From NCBI GenBank assembly GCA_965218375.1, contig OZ244618.1:594794-658793 (forward strand): a DNA stretch of 64,000 bases. The letters run 5' to 3'. The position numbers and the translations under genes are program-made. The notes under the pieces were generated by a model, which saw only the letters and a program-made list of their open reading frames with translations, did not search any database and was not told where the DNA came from. Position 1 is the stretch's first letter. Every line of letters begins with the position of its first letter. Positions 29,831 through 39,578 of this stretch are shown here, piece after piece. The DNA is from Alphaproteobacteria bacterium (GTDB lineage Bacteria > Pseudomonadota > Alphaproteobacteria > G965218375).

Positions 29831-30814
29831 TTAAAATTCATCACTTCCATAGTTAAACCCACCGTCAGGAGCGCTGTTTTTTTTGATATTAGAACGCACA
29901 ATTTCTGCATTCTTACTGGCCTTTTTGGGTGTCCAACGACCCGTCACAACCTTTTGTGTGTGCTGAGATGTTTGGCTTTTAAGGTTAGATAAAGTTTGGC
30001 TCCCATCACTGTCATGCTGGGTATGGGGATTCTGCTGATTGTTCCTCATATAATCTGATATAAGCTCATTGACCGTCTGCCCAAGAACGGTAGCACTGTT
30101 ATTTTTTGTCTGATCAGAGACTTGGGGAGCAGTCTTTATATTCTTGGGAGCGCCTTTTCTAGGGTGGGCGTGGTTGACAATATCAGGGGCTTCACGCGGC
30201 TCTTGCCCCATATTTTCCTTTGCAATTTTTAAGGCGAGCATTTCCGCCATAGTCATATTTGGTTGACTGGTTTTTTCTTTGTGATTGACGACATTTTTAA
30301 TGTCAGCTTGACTCAAAGCAGACCAGTCTTTTTCGACCATGACTTTCCCCGTTTGGGTATACCGCTGAATGAGCCTTACTTTACCGGACTCAGGACCATG
30401 CTTATACCCCCACATCATGCGATCTAGAGTGATGATAGTGTTGTCTTTCACTTCAGAAAAAACACCATCGCGCACAATAAGCTTTAATAAGTGTTTGGCA
30501 CTATGGTGACCATACTTCCTCCATACAACCTCAAGATAATCAATCCCCTCTTGGGAAGGAGGTTGAGGCGTTATGCCGGACTCTAAAATACCATACATTA
30601 AAATTTGGAACAAATTCGGCTCAACGGGTCCCTCATGTGTGGCAACAAAAACAGCGGGAATAAACATGCGCCCATTGGTCAAGGCGGCATAATGAGCCTG
30701 AGACAAATAAAGAATACGTTGGACAAGCATAGGCTGAATTCGGAGATTATCAAGATATGCCATTCGATAAATCCAATTTACAGCATTCAAGGATGTTAGA
30801 ACTAATGTTTTCAT
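29831..30814 (-). CDS. Panacea-domain (DUF4065, GepA/SocA-like) protein with a roughly 200-aa disordered Q/N/T/S/K-rich C-terminal tail.
   Basis: N-terminal LVQRILYLSQAHYAALTNGRMFIPAVFVATHEGPVEPNLFQILMYG follows the DUF4065 pattern (KL-KLLY-AQ-…-G-PLF-…-A-…-GPV-P-LY). The C-terminal half is low-complexity (…NNQQNPHTQHDSDGSQTLSNLKSQTSQHTQK…). Confidence 0.55.
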   Translation of the reverse strand: MKTLVLTSLNAVNWIYRMAYLDNLRIQPMLVQRILYLSQAHYAALTNGRMFIPAVFVATHEGPVEPNLFQILMYGILESGITPQPPSQEGIDYLEVVWRKYGHHSAKHLLKLIVRDGVFSEVKDNTIITLDRMMWGYKHGPESGKVRLIQRYTQTGKVMVEKDWSALSQADIKNVVNHKEKTSQPNMTMAEMLALKIAKENMGQEPREAPDIVNHAHPRKGAPKNIKTAPQVSDQTKNNSATVLGQTVNELISDYMRNNQQNPHTQHDSDGSQTLSNLKSQTSQHTQKVVTGRWTPKKASKNAEIVRSNIKKNSAPDGGFNYGSDEF

Positions 30815-30957
30815 TTCAGATATCTGTTAGGTAGAAATATATACTCCAATAATGTTAAGCCCTATTATATACAGTAAAAGTGACATAATAAAGTGTAGAT
30901 TCTTAACATAACAAGATAAAGCTAATGAGAACAATACATGCTGGACATGCGGCAAGT

Positions 30958-31389
30958 TTAAGACTTTAGCATCTCGATTTTAGCAATTTCCATAATTTTA
31001 TTCAACATAGAAGACAACCCATTGCGACGGGAGAGGCTGAGGTGACTATCAAGTCCAATAGCGGTAATATAGGTCGGTTCAATTGTTAAAATTTCCCGTG
31101 GTGTCCGATAATTATATACCCGCAATAATAGAAAGATTAACCCTTTAACGATAACCGAGTCACTGGTGGCTGTAAAAGATAAAGTATCCTCCTGCCGCTC
31201 CACATAAATCCACACTTGGCTTTGGCACCCATCCACTTTGTTTTCAGGTATTTGAAACTTCTTATCCATAGGAGTAAGCGTGTTTCCTAGATCAATAATA
31301 TACTGATAACGATCCATCCAGTCGTCAAGATAACTAAATGTTTCAATTATCTCATTTTGCGTCTCTTGTGATATATTCTGCATACTCAT
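30958..31389 (-). CDS. sufE: SufE-like cysteine desulfuration / Fe-S assembly sulfur-acceptor protein.
   Basis: Contains DDWMDRYQYIIDLG, the conserved active-site region VDGCQSQVWIY, and VIVKGLIFLL…RTPREI…GLDSHLSLSRRNGL. Confidence 0.8.
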   Translation of the reverse strand: MSMQNISQETQNEIIETFSYLDDWMDRYQYIIDLGNTLTPMDKKFQIPENKVDGCQSQVWIYVERQEDTLSFTATSDSVIVKGLIFLLLRVYNYRTPREILTIEPTYITAIGLDSHLSLSRRNGLSSMLNKIMEIAKIEMLKS

Positions 31390-31692
31390 TGACTATCTCA
31401 CCACATCATCAAGGATTTAATCCTCCACCTTAAAGCTTAAAAAAAATAGACTCAAAATTATAGGTCACCTAACTACTTATAACACCTCTTATGGCGTTGC
31501 AACCTTTCCCAACAGAACATTTATAAAAAATGACCCATTACGACCCGAACTGTTAAAAAAGTCTCTCTAGCATCCATGATTTACCACATAATATAGTTAA
31601 ACTTCTCTAAAAAAATAAAATAATTATCAAATATAGAATAAATGTCTTGACGAAAATCCCTAGGGCTATTAGAAGGAACACGGTACATATGG

Positions 31693-31768
31693 GAGCCCGT
31701 AGCTCAGTTGGTAGAGCAACTGACTTTTAATCAGTGGGTCACAGGTTCGAATCCTGTCGGGCTCGCCA
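31693..31768 (+). tRNA. tRNA-Lys (anticodon TTT).
   Basis: Acceptor GAGCCCG/CGGGCTC, TAGCTCAGTTGGTAGAGC D-arm, anticodon arm ACTGA-CTTTTAA-TCAGT, T-arm CAGGTTCGAATCCTG, discriminator G, encoded CCA. Confidence 0.85.
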
Positions 31769-31823
31769 CTAATATATAAATTAAATGTATATATTATTCA
31801 CCCTATGGAAACTACCATAATAT

Positions 31824-32102
31824 TCAAGTGATTTTAAATCGCATTGAAATATTGTGAAAGAAAATAAACAAGGTGTTAAGCTCATCATCATCATCAGAGC
31901 TAAACTCCAAAGGGTAACCATCCAAGATAACCAAGACATCTTTATCTCTTCGGACAACCCCAGAAATACTCTCCCCTTTTAAAATCGTTGCCCTAACTAA
32001 TGGATGACCAACAAGTTTTGAAAATTGGCCATCTTTACCGTTTAGTGCATACCGTTCAAGATCAACCATTACCATAAAATCTTCCTCCTTTTTATATAAC
32101 AA
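31824..32102 (-). CDS. Hypothetical small protein with an acidic stretch (SSDDDDEL), function unknown.
   Basis: ORF only. No recognisable family. Confidence 0.25.
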   Translation of the reverse strand: MLYKKEEDFMVMVDLERYALNGKDGQFSKLVGHPLVRATILKGESISGVVRRDKDVLVILDGYPLEFSSDDDDELNTLFIFFHNISMRFKIT

Positions 32103-32268
32103 AAATAATCATACGCCTTCAAACCACACGGATGTATATGCTCATTTCACATTGACTATAGGTAATATAATTTAATATATACGCACTTCTTTTCAATTAA
32201 AAAGTGCACCCTTTTAAAATTGGTAAAAATTTAATACAATTAACTGAATATTACTGGTAAAATCAACT

Positions 32269-32592
32269 ATGACAGATCCCCAAGCAATATTCGTTTATAT
32301 TACCATAGATACCAAAGAAAACGCAGAACGCATTGCCAGGTCTCTCATTGCCGCTAAACTTGCTGCTTGCGCCAACATCTCAAGTCCCATAACAAGTATT
32401 TTCCGCTGGAACGAAAGCATCACCCTTGATGATGAATATGTTATTTTAGCAAAAACCTGTCCTCACCTCTTTACCGCCCTCTCCGAACACGTAAAAACTA
32501 TCCATCCCTATGAACAACCCTGCATCATCGGGTACCCCATTTCCCACATTACACCTGATTTTCTTCAATGGATTCAACAAGAAACTTCATAA
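32269..32592 (+). CDS. cutA: Divalent-cation tolerance protein CutA.
   Basis: 107 aa with LAACANIS…SIFRWNESI…KT…HPYEQPCIIGYPI matching the CutA1 fold signature. Confidence 0.8.
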   Translation: MTDPQAIFVYITIDTKENAERIARSLIAAKLAACANISSPITSIFRWNESITLDDEYVILAKTCPHLFTALSEHVKTIHPYEQPCIIGYPISHITPDFLQWIQQETS

Positions 32593-32844
32593 TCATCCAT
32601 TGACGACGTGGAAGGGGGACTCTTGGGGTGATTACTATAGTAACACACCTGTAAAGCATTGTTTTATTTTAGAAATTTGATTCTTATAAAAAAGTTATTG
32701 ACATATTCTGTAAATATGGAATATTGATCACTCACTGGCTTACTGAGGATTCATCTGCGTATTTTGATGAGACGCGTACGAGCTGGGCTTCCCCGCTTAT
32801 ACAGAAGTACTCAACGTTGAGAACAATAGAGCCTACGTTTATTT

Positions 32845-33321
32845 ATGGAGAATTACATGAAAACCTACTCTGCCAAGGCGTCAGATATACAAAAAGATTG
32901 GCTTTTGATTGACGCGAAAGATTTGGTATTGGGTCGTCTGGCATCAATAATTGCCTCACGCTTAAGGGGGAAGCATAAAGTCACATACACACCACACATG
33001 GATTGTGGAGACTATGTCGTTGTCATTAATGCTGATAAAGTTGCTCTTACTGGGCATAAACTTTTGAAAAAAACTTACTATCGTCATACAGGCTACCCTG
33101 GCGGAATCAAGTCAACAACAGCAGAAAAAATATTAAAAGGCGCGTTCCCAGAACGTGTTTTACATAAAGCTGTCCAGCGTATGTTGCCAAGAGGTCCCCT
33201 AGGCCGCAAAACTTTGTCACATTTATATGTTTACAACGGATCCTCTCACCCACATGAAGCACAAAAGCCTCAACTTATAGATGTCGCATCTATGAACCAG
33301 AAAAACAAACGGAGCGCATAA
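32845..33321 (+). CDS. rplM: 50S ribosomal protein L13.
   Basis: [30 protein letters not shown]…HTGYPGGIK. Confidence 0.9.
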   Translation: MENYMKTYSAKASDIQKDWLLIDAKDLVLGRLASIIASRLRGKHKVTYTPHMDCGDYVVVINADKVALTGHKLLKKTYYRHTGYPGGIKSTTAEKILKGAFPERVLHKAVQRMLPRGPLGRKTLSHLYVYNGSSHPHEAQKPQLIDVASMNQKNKRSA

Positions 33322-33323
33322 TC

Positions 33324-33803
33324 ATGGCTGATGAAGAACAAAAGATTACTAACTTGCAACAGCTTAGCTCTGTGGTCGCCCCTTCTGAAGAGGTTGTGGC
33401 CCCAGTGATTGACGCGCTAGGAAGAAGTTACGCGACTGGCCGTCGTAAAGATGCGGTTGCCCGAGTATGGATTAAACCTGGTTCAGGAAAAGTGACGATT
33501 AACAAACGGGATGTCAGCACCTACTTCCCTCGCCCCTCCCACGTTATGATTGTCAACGAACCTATGAAAGTTGCAGCCAGAGCGGGGCAATACGATGTTA
33601 TCGCAACTATCAGAGGTGGCGGTCTATCAGGGCAAGCAGGCGCGCTTCGTCATGGTATCTCCCACGCATTAACGCGACACGAACCCGATTTGCGGAAAGT
33701 TCTCAAACGCCACGGTTTCCTAACCCGTGATAGCCGTGTTGTAGAACGGAAAAAATACGGTAAAGCAAAAGCTCGTCGTAGCTTCCAGTTCAGCAAACGT
33801 TAA
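33324..33803 (+). CDS. rpsI: 30S ribosomal protein S9.
   Basis: [24 protein letters not shown]…[19 protein letters not shown]…[13 protein letters not shown]. Confidence 0.9.
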   Translation: MADEEQKITNLQQLSSVVAPSEEVVAPVIDALGRSYATGRRKDAVARVWIKPGSGKVTINKRDVSTYFPRPSHVMIVNEPMKVAARAGQYDVIATIRGGGLSGQAGALRHGISHALTRHEPDLRKVLKRHGFLTRDSRVVERKKYGKAKARRSFQFSKR

Positions 33804-33813
33804 TATAATTCAT

Positions 33814-33840
33814 TATATACAGACGGTGCGTCTGTATATA
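33814..33840. terminator. Perfect 12-bp hairpin (TATATACAGACG-GTG-CGTCTGTATATA) after rpsI. Candidate terminator or attenuator between rpsI and guaC.
   Basis: Seen directly in sequence. Followed by a moderately T-rich tract (ATACCTCCTATTTTATG). Confidence 0.4.
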
Positions 33841-33874
33841 ATACCTCCTATTTTATGATTATACGGAGTCTGAA

Positions 33875-35017
33875 ATGAGATTAGAATCTGATGTAAAACT
33901 TGATTACAAAGATGTTTTGATCAGACCTAAGCGGAGTATGCTTAATAGCAGGGAAAGTGTCGATCTGGAACGGAAGTTTACCTTCAGAAACTTCCAACCA
34001 CACCCTCAGACACCCCCTTCTGATGTCCACTACCAAGACATTCCAATTATGGCCAGCAACATGGATGGTGTCGGCACATTTGCTATGGCCAACGCGCTAC
34101 TGACCAAAAATATTTTCACCTGCTTGGTAAAACAGTACTCTGCTGATGAGCTTATAGAATACTTTTCACAAGACATACCTGCACGCACTGAACATGTAGG
34201 AATGAGTATTGGCATCATTGAAAATGATATTAAAAAGTTTCATCAGGTTTATAAGGCTGTTGGTCCGGCCTTAAAATATGTCTGCATTGATGTCGCCAAC
34301 GGATATTCAGAAAAATTTGTTTATTTCGTCAAAGAATTTAGGGAAAAATTCCCCCATATTGTAATCATCGCTGGTAATGTTGCCACTGGTGAAATGACGG
34401 AAGAATTAATTTTAAGCGGCGCGGACATTGTCAAAGTCGGTATCGGCCCTGGAAGCGTGTGCACCACCCGTATTCAAACTGGAATTGGATTCCCGCAACT
34501 CTCTGCTGTTATAGAATGCGCAGACGCTGCCCATGGTCTTGGGGGACATGTGATAGCGGATGGTGGCTGTGTGTGTCCTGGAGACGTCGCAAAGGCCTTT
34601 GCTGGTGGCGCTGACTTCGTCATGCTTGGTGGTATCCTTGCAGGTCACGATCAAGGGGGCGGCCATATCATTAGCAAGTTTTTTAATATCAACGGAGAGT
34701 ACGCCTTAAGCCCTAAAGATGGCACCACGTACGAACCAATGATTACAGAAAGAAAATTTGTTCAGTTCTATGGAATGAGTTCTGATACTGCAAATAAAAA
34801 GCATTTTGGGGGGCTCAAGGATTATAGGAGCAGTGAAGGCAGAACAGTTCTTATACCATATCGCGGCCCCGTAGAACCAACCATCCAAGACCTCTTAGGA
34901 GGTGTTCGCAGCACCTGCACCTACGCGGGCGCAAAAAAACTCAAGAATTTAAGCAAATGTACAACATTTGTACGTTGTACCCAGCAGTTCAACGATATTT
35001 ATGCCAATATGGCGTAA
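33875..35017 (+). CDS. guaC: GMP reductase (IMPDH/GuaC family).
   Basis: N-terminus [31 protein letters not shown]…[17 protein letters not shown] closely mirrors the E. coli GuaC N-terminus. Catalytic Cys loop region [11 protein letters not shown]. Confidence 0.8.
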   Translation: MRLESDVKLDYKDVLIRPKRSMLNSRESVDLERKFTFRNFQPHPQTPPSDVHYQDIPIMASNMDGVGTFAMANALLTKNIFTCLVKQYSADELIEYFSQDIPARTEHVGMSIGIIENDIKKFHQVYKAVGPALKYVCIDVANGYSEKFVYFVKEFREKFPHIVIIAGNVATGEMTEELILSGADIVKVGIGPGSVCTTRIQTGIGFPQLSAVIECADAAHGLGGHVIADGGCVCPGDVAKAFAGGADFVMLGGILAGHDQGGGHIISKFFNINGEYALSPKDGTTYEPMITERKFVQFYGMSSDTANKKHFGGLKDYRSSEGRTVLIPYRGPVEPTIQDLLGGVRSTCTYAGAKKLKNLSKCTTFVRCTQQFNDIYANMA

Positions 35018-35346
35018 AACACCCCTTCATAAATAAAAAACCCCGTCAGGCGCCCCTAAAAGATACAGGGGCGCATCGCGCTTGCATATGTGTTAACTCT
35101 TGGAAAAAGAGTCTAACAGTATGCTTAATCATGCTTGTGCGGCATTATAATATTCCCAAACGCACTCTTTATATCTTCCTTTAGCTAACCTGCACAACCC
35201 CATTTAATATTTATACTTTATTTAAGTGTAATCTACATATACACTACCAAGATAAGTGTATATCAATACACTAAACTTAAATTTACTAAACCATAATTCA
35301 TGATAAAAATGTTAACTAACGTATTGTACGTGTCTAAAAAGAATAT

Positions 35347-35622
35347 ATGGAGTTTAAAATGGCACTAGACACCAAAGAGTCCCTATGCTTAACGCACAGA
35401 GAAGTTGCACTTATCAAAGCTATGCTGAAATATACTAGATTTAATATGAAAAAAATTATGTCCTATTTTTCGAGCAATCTTAATAAGATTAATGAGTCAC
35501 AAATTTATGACATCTCTACAAATAAAGACTATACGGATATTGACCCCGTAAACGAAGATACACTTGATATCTTTTTATCAAGACACCAAATGCAGAGTGT
35601 ACAGGAAAATACTGCAAATTAA
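35347..35622 (+). CDS. Hypothetical small protein.
   Basis: ORF only, with a weak ribosome-binding context. Confidence 0.2.
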   Translation: MEFKMALDTKESLCLTHREVALIKAMLKYTRFNMKKIMSYFSSNLNKINESQIYDISTNKDYTDIDPVNEDTLDIFLSRHQMQSVQENTAN

Positions 35623-35645
35623 AAAATTAGATCTCTAAGGGGGGA

Positions 35646-35918
35646 TCACTCACTCGGAGTAAATCCGGGTAAGATGCTACGAACATCACGCGGAGTATTA
35701 GGATCTAATCCAGATGTCTCAACAAAATTAAGCAATAATGACTCATCTAACAGTATGTAATCGAGTACGCCCCCTAAAAACTCAGGGGAATTGAAACTTT
35801 GTTTGAGATCATCAGGATCATATCCAGTTAAAGCAAAAAACCTATCACGACGGTCTTCATCCTCAAAAATATAAGAGAGTGCCATCAACGCCACCGCTGA
35901 AGCTTCGTCTGTATTCAT
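35646..35918 (-). CDS. DUF3572-family protein (alphaproteobacteria-restricted family, as recalled).
   Basis: 90 aa with ALMALSYIFEDEDRRDRFFALTGYDPDDL…VLDYILLDESLLLNFVETSGLDP, matching the remembered DUF3572 consensus. Confidence 0.55.
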   Translation of the reverse strand: MNTDEASAVALMALSYIFEDEDRRDRFFALTGYDPDDLKQSFNSPEFLGGVLDYILLDESLLLNFVETSGLDPNTPRDVRSILPGFTPSE

Positions 35919-35951
35919 AACTGACCTCTCAATACCAGAGATGGAACCATG

Positions 35952-36119
35952 TTACTTTATTTTTGCTTCTTTAAATTCAACGTGCTTGCGCACAACAGGG
36001 TCATACTTACGGAATTTCATTTTCTCAGTTGAGTTCCGTGGGTTCTTTTTCGTTACATAAAAGTAACCAGTATCTGCTGTACTAAGCAGTTTAATTTTCA
36101 TAATTGCTGATTTAGCCAT
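35952..36119 (-). CDS. rpmG: 50S ribosomal protein L33. True start is the internal Met at 36119; the track ORF extends to 36164.
   Basis: [55 protein letters not shown] has the L33 pattern. Confidence 0.8.
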   Translation of the reverse strand: MAKSAIMKIKLLSTADTGYFYVTKKNPRNSTEKMKFRKYDPVVRKHVEFKEAKIK

Positions 36120-36462
36120 AATTCCATTCCAATAAATACGTTTTCCTAAAATACCGCCTAGCAAGGAAAACCCAAAGTAAAGACGACAGAATAAATAAAT
36201 TTATGCAAGGTTTTGCCATTTTTTGATGACGATACCCAGTTCACGCATAATGTCAATTATTAATCTTCGCCAGAAGCATTACAAGACGCATGCTTCATGC
36301 TTTTTTTGAGTGTGTGTAGTAGAATATTATATTTTTTATCCCTTAAACTTATATAATTTTTCCAAAAAAAATACAATAAAAATATTAAAAAGATACCACT
36401 GGCGCCGTTTACACACTATAATAATCTTATATCCAAAAAAATATGATACGGAGTTATATATT

Positions 36463-37236
36463 ATGAGTGAATTGGGACACTTTGAAAGTGAGATACGCCA
36501 AGAATTTATTGACTTTGCCACTGATGAACTTCAAGTTCTTGAAGAGCAGCTCCATGACTTTATCGAGAATGAACAAGACGGTGAAGCGCTTTTAATCAAG
36601 GCACGAAGAGTCTCAAGTATTCTTAAAAGCAGAAGTGGTTTGGCAGACTTGCCTGTACTCGGTGTTTTCGCTCACAGATTAGAGGACTACATCACAGCTA
36701 TTATTAATTTCTCAAAACATGAAGCTAAGGATATCGGCATATTTCTGGATTATATGCACGATTCTATTGATCCGAAAAAGGGTCTAACAAATGAAAACAT
36801 ATCCAAAATCGTGCGCCAGCTTCCTGCTAAACGCGGTGAGTTTGACCCGTCAGTAGTTACCAAAACCAATGTTGAAGTCATGCTGATCATCCCGAAGGGC
36901 ACAACAGCACAAATAGTCGAGCGTGAATTCCAAGCATGCGGGTATCGTATCACCACAATTCATACAACATTTACCGCTCTTGAGATGGTGGTTCGCACAC
37001 GTCCTGACTTGATTGTGATTAATTTCACCCTGGATGATTTAGATGGAATCGATCTTGCGAATGCCCTTAAAGCCATACAAGTTACAAAAAACATACCAAC
37101 AGCCCTGCTAACAGCAATGGATCAGTCAAACACTAAGTCTATACAAAATCTCAACAAATCCGTTCCCATCATTCGAAAGGGCACGCACTTTGGTGATGAC
37201 CTTGCTACCGCTCTTTCGCAACTATCCATAACGTAA
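36463..37236 (+). CDS. Two-component-like protein with an N-terminal helical (Hpt-like?) domain and a C-terminal receiver-like domain lacking the canonical phospho-acceptor Asp. Start at the internal ATG 36463, which has an RBS.
   Basis: The C-terminal (beta-alpha)5-like region VEVMLIIPKGTT…RPDLIVINFTLDDLDGIDL…ALLTAMDQ resembles a receiver. Asn sits where the phospho-Asp is expected and the N-terminal acidic DD pair is missing. Confidence 0.45.
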   Translation: MSELGHFESEIRQEFIDFATDELQVLEEQLHDFIENEQDGEALLIKARRVSSILKSRSGLADLPVLGVFAHRLEDYITAIINFSKHEAKDIGIFLDYMHDSIDPKKGLTNENISKIVRQLPAKRGEFDPSVVTKTNVEVMLIIPKGTTAQIVEREFQACGYRITTIHTTFTALEMVVRTRPDLIVINFTLDDLDGIDLANALKAIQVTKNIPTALLTAMDQSNTKSIQNLNKSVPIIRKGTHFGDDLATALSQLSIT

Positions 37237-37278
37237 TTTTTATGTAAGTAAACTTATTAAGGCGCTGTTAACGGCCAC

Positions 37279-39537
37279 CTACCTTCTGCCTCGTTTTTTA
37301 CTATGTTTTATTTTATATTCAAAATTCGATGGTTTTCTTTGCGCCTTAAGATTTTTTAACTCTTTCTTAGAAAGTAGGTATCCACCGTCAACATAATCAA
37401 AGGCTAAACTTCCAGTCACAATATCTGCCGTCGTAAGCCTGACGCTCACTTCATCCGCGATATTAAAGCACAGGCCCCGATCAGCCCCATAAATCATATT
37501 AGTGTCCTGATGATATAGGTAAAAATCATTTGGAAAATATTTTATGGGCAAAAGCCCTTGGGCACCGGTCTCATGCAATTGGACAAAAATACCAAAGCTG
37601 GTCACACCCATAATCCGTCCTTTGAACACCTCCCCCTCGTGCCCTGACAAAAAACTGGCTATAAAGCGGTCAACGGTTTCTCGTTCTGCATACATAGAGC
37701 GCCGTTCAAAAGAGGATATATTCATACCTATATGCTCAAAGTCTTGGGTACTTACCTCTTCTAACCCACCAGGGCCTAAGCTTAAAGACGTAACCAGAGC
37801 CCTATGAACCAACACATCAGAATACCGACGTATTGGGCTGGTAAAGTGGGCATAGTTCTCTAAATCTAAGCCAAAATGCCCGTCATTATGGGGGCTATAA
37901 TAGGCCTGAACTTGGGCCATCATCACTAAGTCATTCACGATTTCTTTATAGGGCGTTCCCTTGGCGCTCTGAAGCAACCCATTAAACATCTTGGGTAGAG
38001 AGCTGCTCTCCTCAGGGAGGGTGATGTTTAACCTCTTTAGAGACTCATACAAGGAATTAAGCTTGTCTTGGGAGGGATGACCATGGACACGGTACATACA
38101 CGGCTCCTGAGACTCCATTAACTGTTCAGCAGCCGCAACATTGGCCAGAACCATCATTTCCTCAATCAGTCTGTGACTATCGTGCCGTTGACGGACTCCA
38201 ATCTGTTGCAAATTATTAAATTGATCAAGGACAATTTGTCGCTCAACACGGTCAATAGCTAAGGCGTTACGGGTATTTCTATTTTTAAGCAGAGCATTGT
38301 ACGCCCCATACAAAGACTCAATTATTTCTTGGAGTGCAGGGTCGATCGCTCCCCGCCCCTCTATGGCGTCCTGCACCTGGGTATAAGTCAAACGCGCCCG
38401 AGAACGAATCACCCCACGGCCAAATGTATGAGAGAGCTTCTGACCATCATAATCAATAACCACACACACAAATAAACACGGACGCTCTTCCAATGGCACC
38501 AAAGAACATAAATTATTAGAGAGCAGTTCTGGCAACATAGGCACAACAAATTCAGGGAAGTAGGTTGAATTACCCCGCTTATACGCCTCTAAATCAAGAG
38601 GCGACCCATGACGCACATAAAAACTGACATCAGCAATTGCCACCCAGACTAACCACCCACCAGGGTTATCTGGATTGGTATCAGCTTGCACAAAGACCGC
38701 ATCATCATAATCACGAGCATCCTCACCATCAATTGTTACAAATGGAATATAGCTGATATCTTGATGAAACTCGGAAAATTTCAGCTTCTGGACAGTCTCT
38801 GCATTTTTAATGGTATCCTCAGTAAACTGATGGGGAATCCCATGGTTGTGAACCGCCATTAGACTCATAAAGTTCGCATCATCCTTTGATGCAATCTGCT
38901 CGAGGACTTCAACATACTGCACTTTATTCCGTTTGCCGGGTAAAATCCGTGCCTTGACCAACGCACCGACCTGCGGTGAGGGCCCTTTTGAGTCCCTAAC
39001 TTGAAAGGCATATTTTTGCTTACGATTTATCGAAACAATATGTCCCCTCCCGCGGGAGATACCATAAACACCCACAACAAATTGGGTATTCATGAGCATT
39101 TTACGAACAACACTTGCCTCAAAAATATCTTGACCATCAGCGTTTCTCTCAATGCATTTAAGATGGGATAACACATGATCACCGGCCTTTACCTTATGGT
39201 GATTAAGGTTCAAGACCATCCTAATGACCGGTTGCTGACGGGCCTCTAATGGGGCATCAACTACCCGCCCTAACGCCTCCCCATCTGGAAGAAGACTCTC
39301 GATGATGACCAAAGAAACTGCGGGTGTATCCTCACTGGCATGATAAGAGCCGCCCTTTTTACGAATAAGGCTGCCTTCATCCTGCATTTCTTGTAATAAG
39401 TTTTTCAATAATATACGATCATCACCCTTTAAATTAAAGAATCTTGCAATTTGTCCCTTACCAACAGAAAAACTTGCCTCTTTCACATAGGAAATTATGT
39501 CGTCTTTCGCCGGTAAGTGCGGGGTGCTTAAGCTCAT
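37279..39537 (-). CDS. rnr: Ribonuclease R (RNB-family 3'-5' exoribonuclease with S1 domain and basic C-terminal tail).
   Basis: 752 aa with an RNB catalytic region (…VTIDGEDARDYDDAVFV… and …FTSPIRRYSDVLVHRAL…). C-terminal S1-like domain and KKRGRR tail. Confidence 0.85.
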   Translation of the reverse strand: MSLSTPHLPAKDDIISYVKEASFSVGKGQIARFFNLKGDDRILLKNLLQEMQDEGSLIRKKGGSYHASEDTPAVSLVIIESLLPDGEALGRVVDAPLEARQQPVIRMVLNLNHHKVKAGDHVLSHLKCIERNADGQDIFEASVVRKMLMNTQFVVGVYGISRGRGHIVSINRKQKYAFQVRDSKGPSPQVGALVKARILPGKRNKVQYVEVLEQIASKDDANFMSLMAVHNHGIPHQFTEDTIKNAETVQKLKFSEFHQDISYIPFVTIDGEDARDYDDAVFVQADTNPDNPGGWLVWVAIADVSFYVRHGSPLDLEAYKRGNSTYFPEFVVPMLPELLSNNLCSLVPLEERPCLFVCVVIDYDGQKLSHTFGRGVIRSRARLTYTQVQDAIEGRGAIDPALQEIIESLYGAYNALLKNRNTRNALAIDRVERQIVLDQFNNLQQIGVRQRHDSHRLIEEMMVLANVAAAEQLMESQEPCMYRVHGHPSQDKLNSLYESLKRLNITLPEESSSLPKMFNGLLQSAKGTPYKEIVNDLVMMAQVQAYYSPHNDGHFGLDLENYAHFTSPIRRYSDVLVHRALVTSLSLGPGGLEEVSTQDFEHIGMNISSFERRSMYAERETVDRFIASFLSGHEGEVFKGRIMGVTSFGIFVQLHETGAQGLLPIKYFPNDFYLYHQDTNMIYGADRGLCFNIADEVSVRLTTADIVTGSLAFDYVDGGYLLSKKELKNLKAQRKPSNFEYKIKHSKKRGRR

Positions 39538-39578
39538 TTCAGATTATTTTTTTGAGTTACAGAACTTCTCATTATTAT

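Noticed and set aside
29751-32268. Considered a prophage or integrative-island call for the Panacea/tRNA-Lys neighbourhood, and likewise for tRNA-Pro.
   Set aside because: No integrase, no phage structural genes and no detectable att repeat within the window. Kept only as a low-level finding.
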